Shown one piece after another: positions 63,598 through 64,000 of a DNA stretch of 64,000 nt. The notes under the pieces are model-generated. The model saw nothing but the letters and a program-made list of their open reading frames with translations, ran no database searches and was not told the DNA's origin. The stretch comes from Eledone cirrhosa (taxonomy: Eukaryota). The stretch's first letter is position 1. Every line of letters starts with the position of its first letter. The stretch spans positions 19,344,001-19,408,000 of the forward strand of contig OZ024753.1 in NCBI GenBank assembly GCA_964016885.1, given 5' to 3'. Both the position numbers and the translations under genes were made by a program.

Positions 63598-64000
63598 CAT
63601 GAGCTGGTATTTGGCAGTACCGTAGAGGGTCGGACGTCATGCTTTGACACATAGAGTTACGGCCCTTGCTATTCTGAGTTCAAATCCCGCCGAGGTTAAC
63701 TTTGCCTTTCAACATTAAGGGGTCGATAAAATAAAGTACCAGTAATACACTGGGGACGATTTAATCGATCCCCCAAAAAAAATTACTGGCCTTGAGCCTG
63801 TACAAAATTGTAGGCTGGTGACTTGGCAATAGAATAGTAGAGCATCGGACAATAGGGTTACAACCCGTTACGTTATGAGTTCAAATGCCAACGAGGTTAT
63901 ATTTGCGTTTCATCATTACGGGATCGATAGAATAAAGTACCAGTTATGTACTGGGGTCGATTTATTCGAATTTCCTCCTCCTCCAAAAATGTGCTGGCCT
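63598..64000 (+). mobile_element. Two tandem tRNA/Meta-type SINE copies (63598-63800, 63812-64000)
   Basis: Each has tggca..gtagag, gagttcaaat and tcgata..aataaagtaccagt..ctgggg. Confidence 0.82.

Overview
Eukaryotic, very AT-rich, repeat-saturated DNA. The SINE types, (TA)n density and retroelement mix suggest a cephalopod/octopod mollusc (inference). I find no confident host gene, only a weak minus-strand multi-exon candidate; nearly all listed ORFs are translations of (TA)n/(CA)n or antisense frames of retroelements. Recognisable content: two full-length but frameshifted R4/Dong-type RLE non-LTR retrotransposons plus 3' fragments stacked in (TAA)n; a decayed Penelope-like (RT + GIY-YIG) element; Tx1/L1, RTE and CRE-like fragments; a decayed Tc1/mariner-superfamily transposase; tRNA-derived SINEs; a Helitron-like end; and a 47-bp satellite. 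The most striking signal is a recurrent non-coding architecture. About a dozen families with no obvious mutual sequence similarity lie in or beside (TA)n tracts and carry type I hammerhead ribozyme (HHR) motifs, three with the compensatory U3-A8 core pair. Most form fold-back palindromes with a family-specific unpaired 3' tail. This looks like a diverse Penelope-dependent, retrozyme-like system. All folds and alignments were done by eye, so coordinates are approximate.
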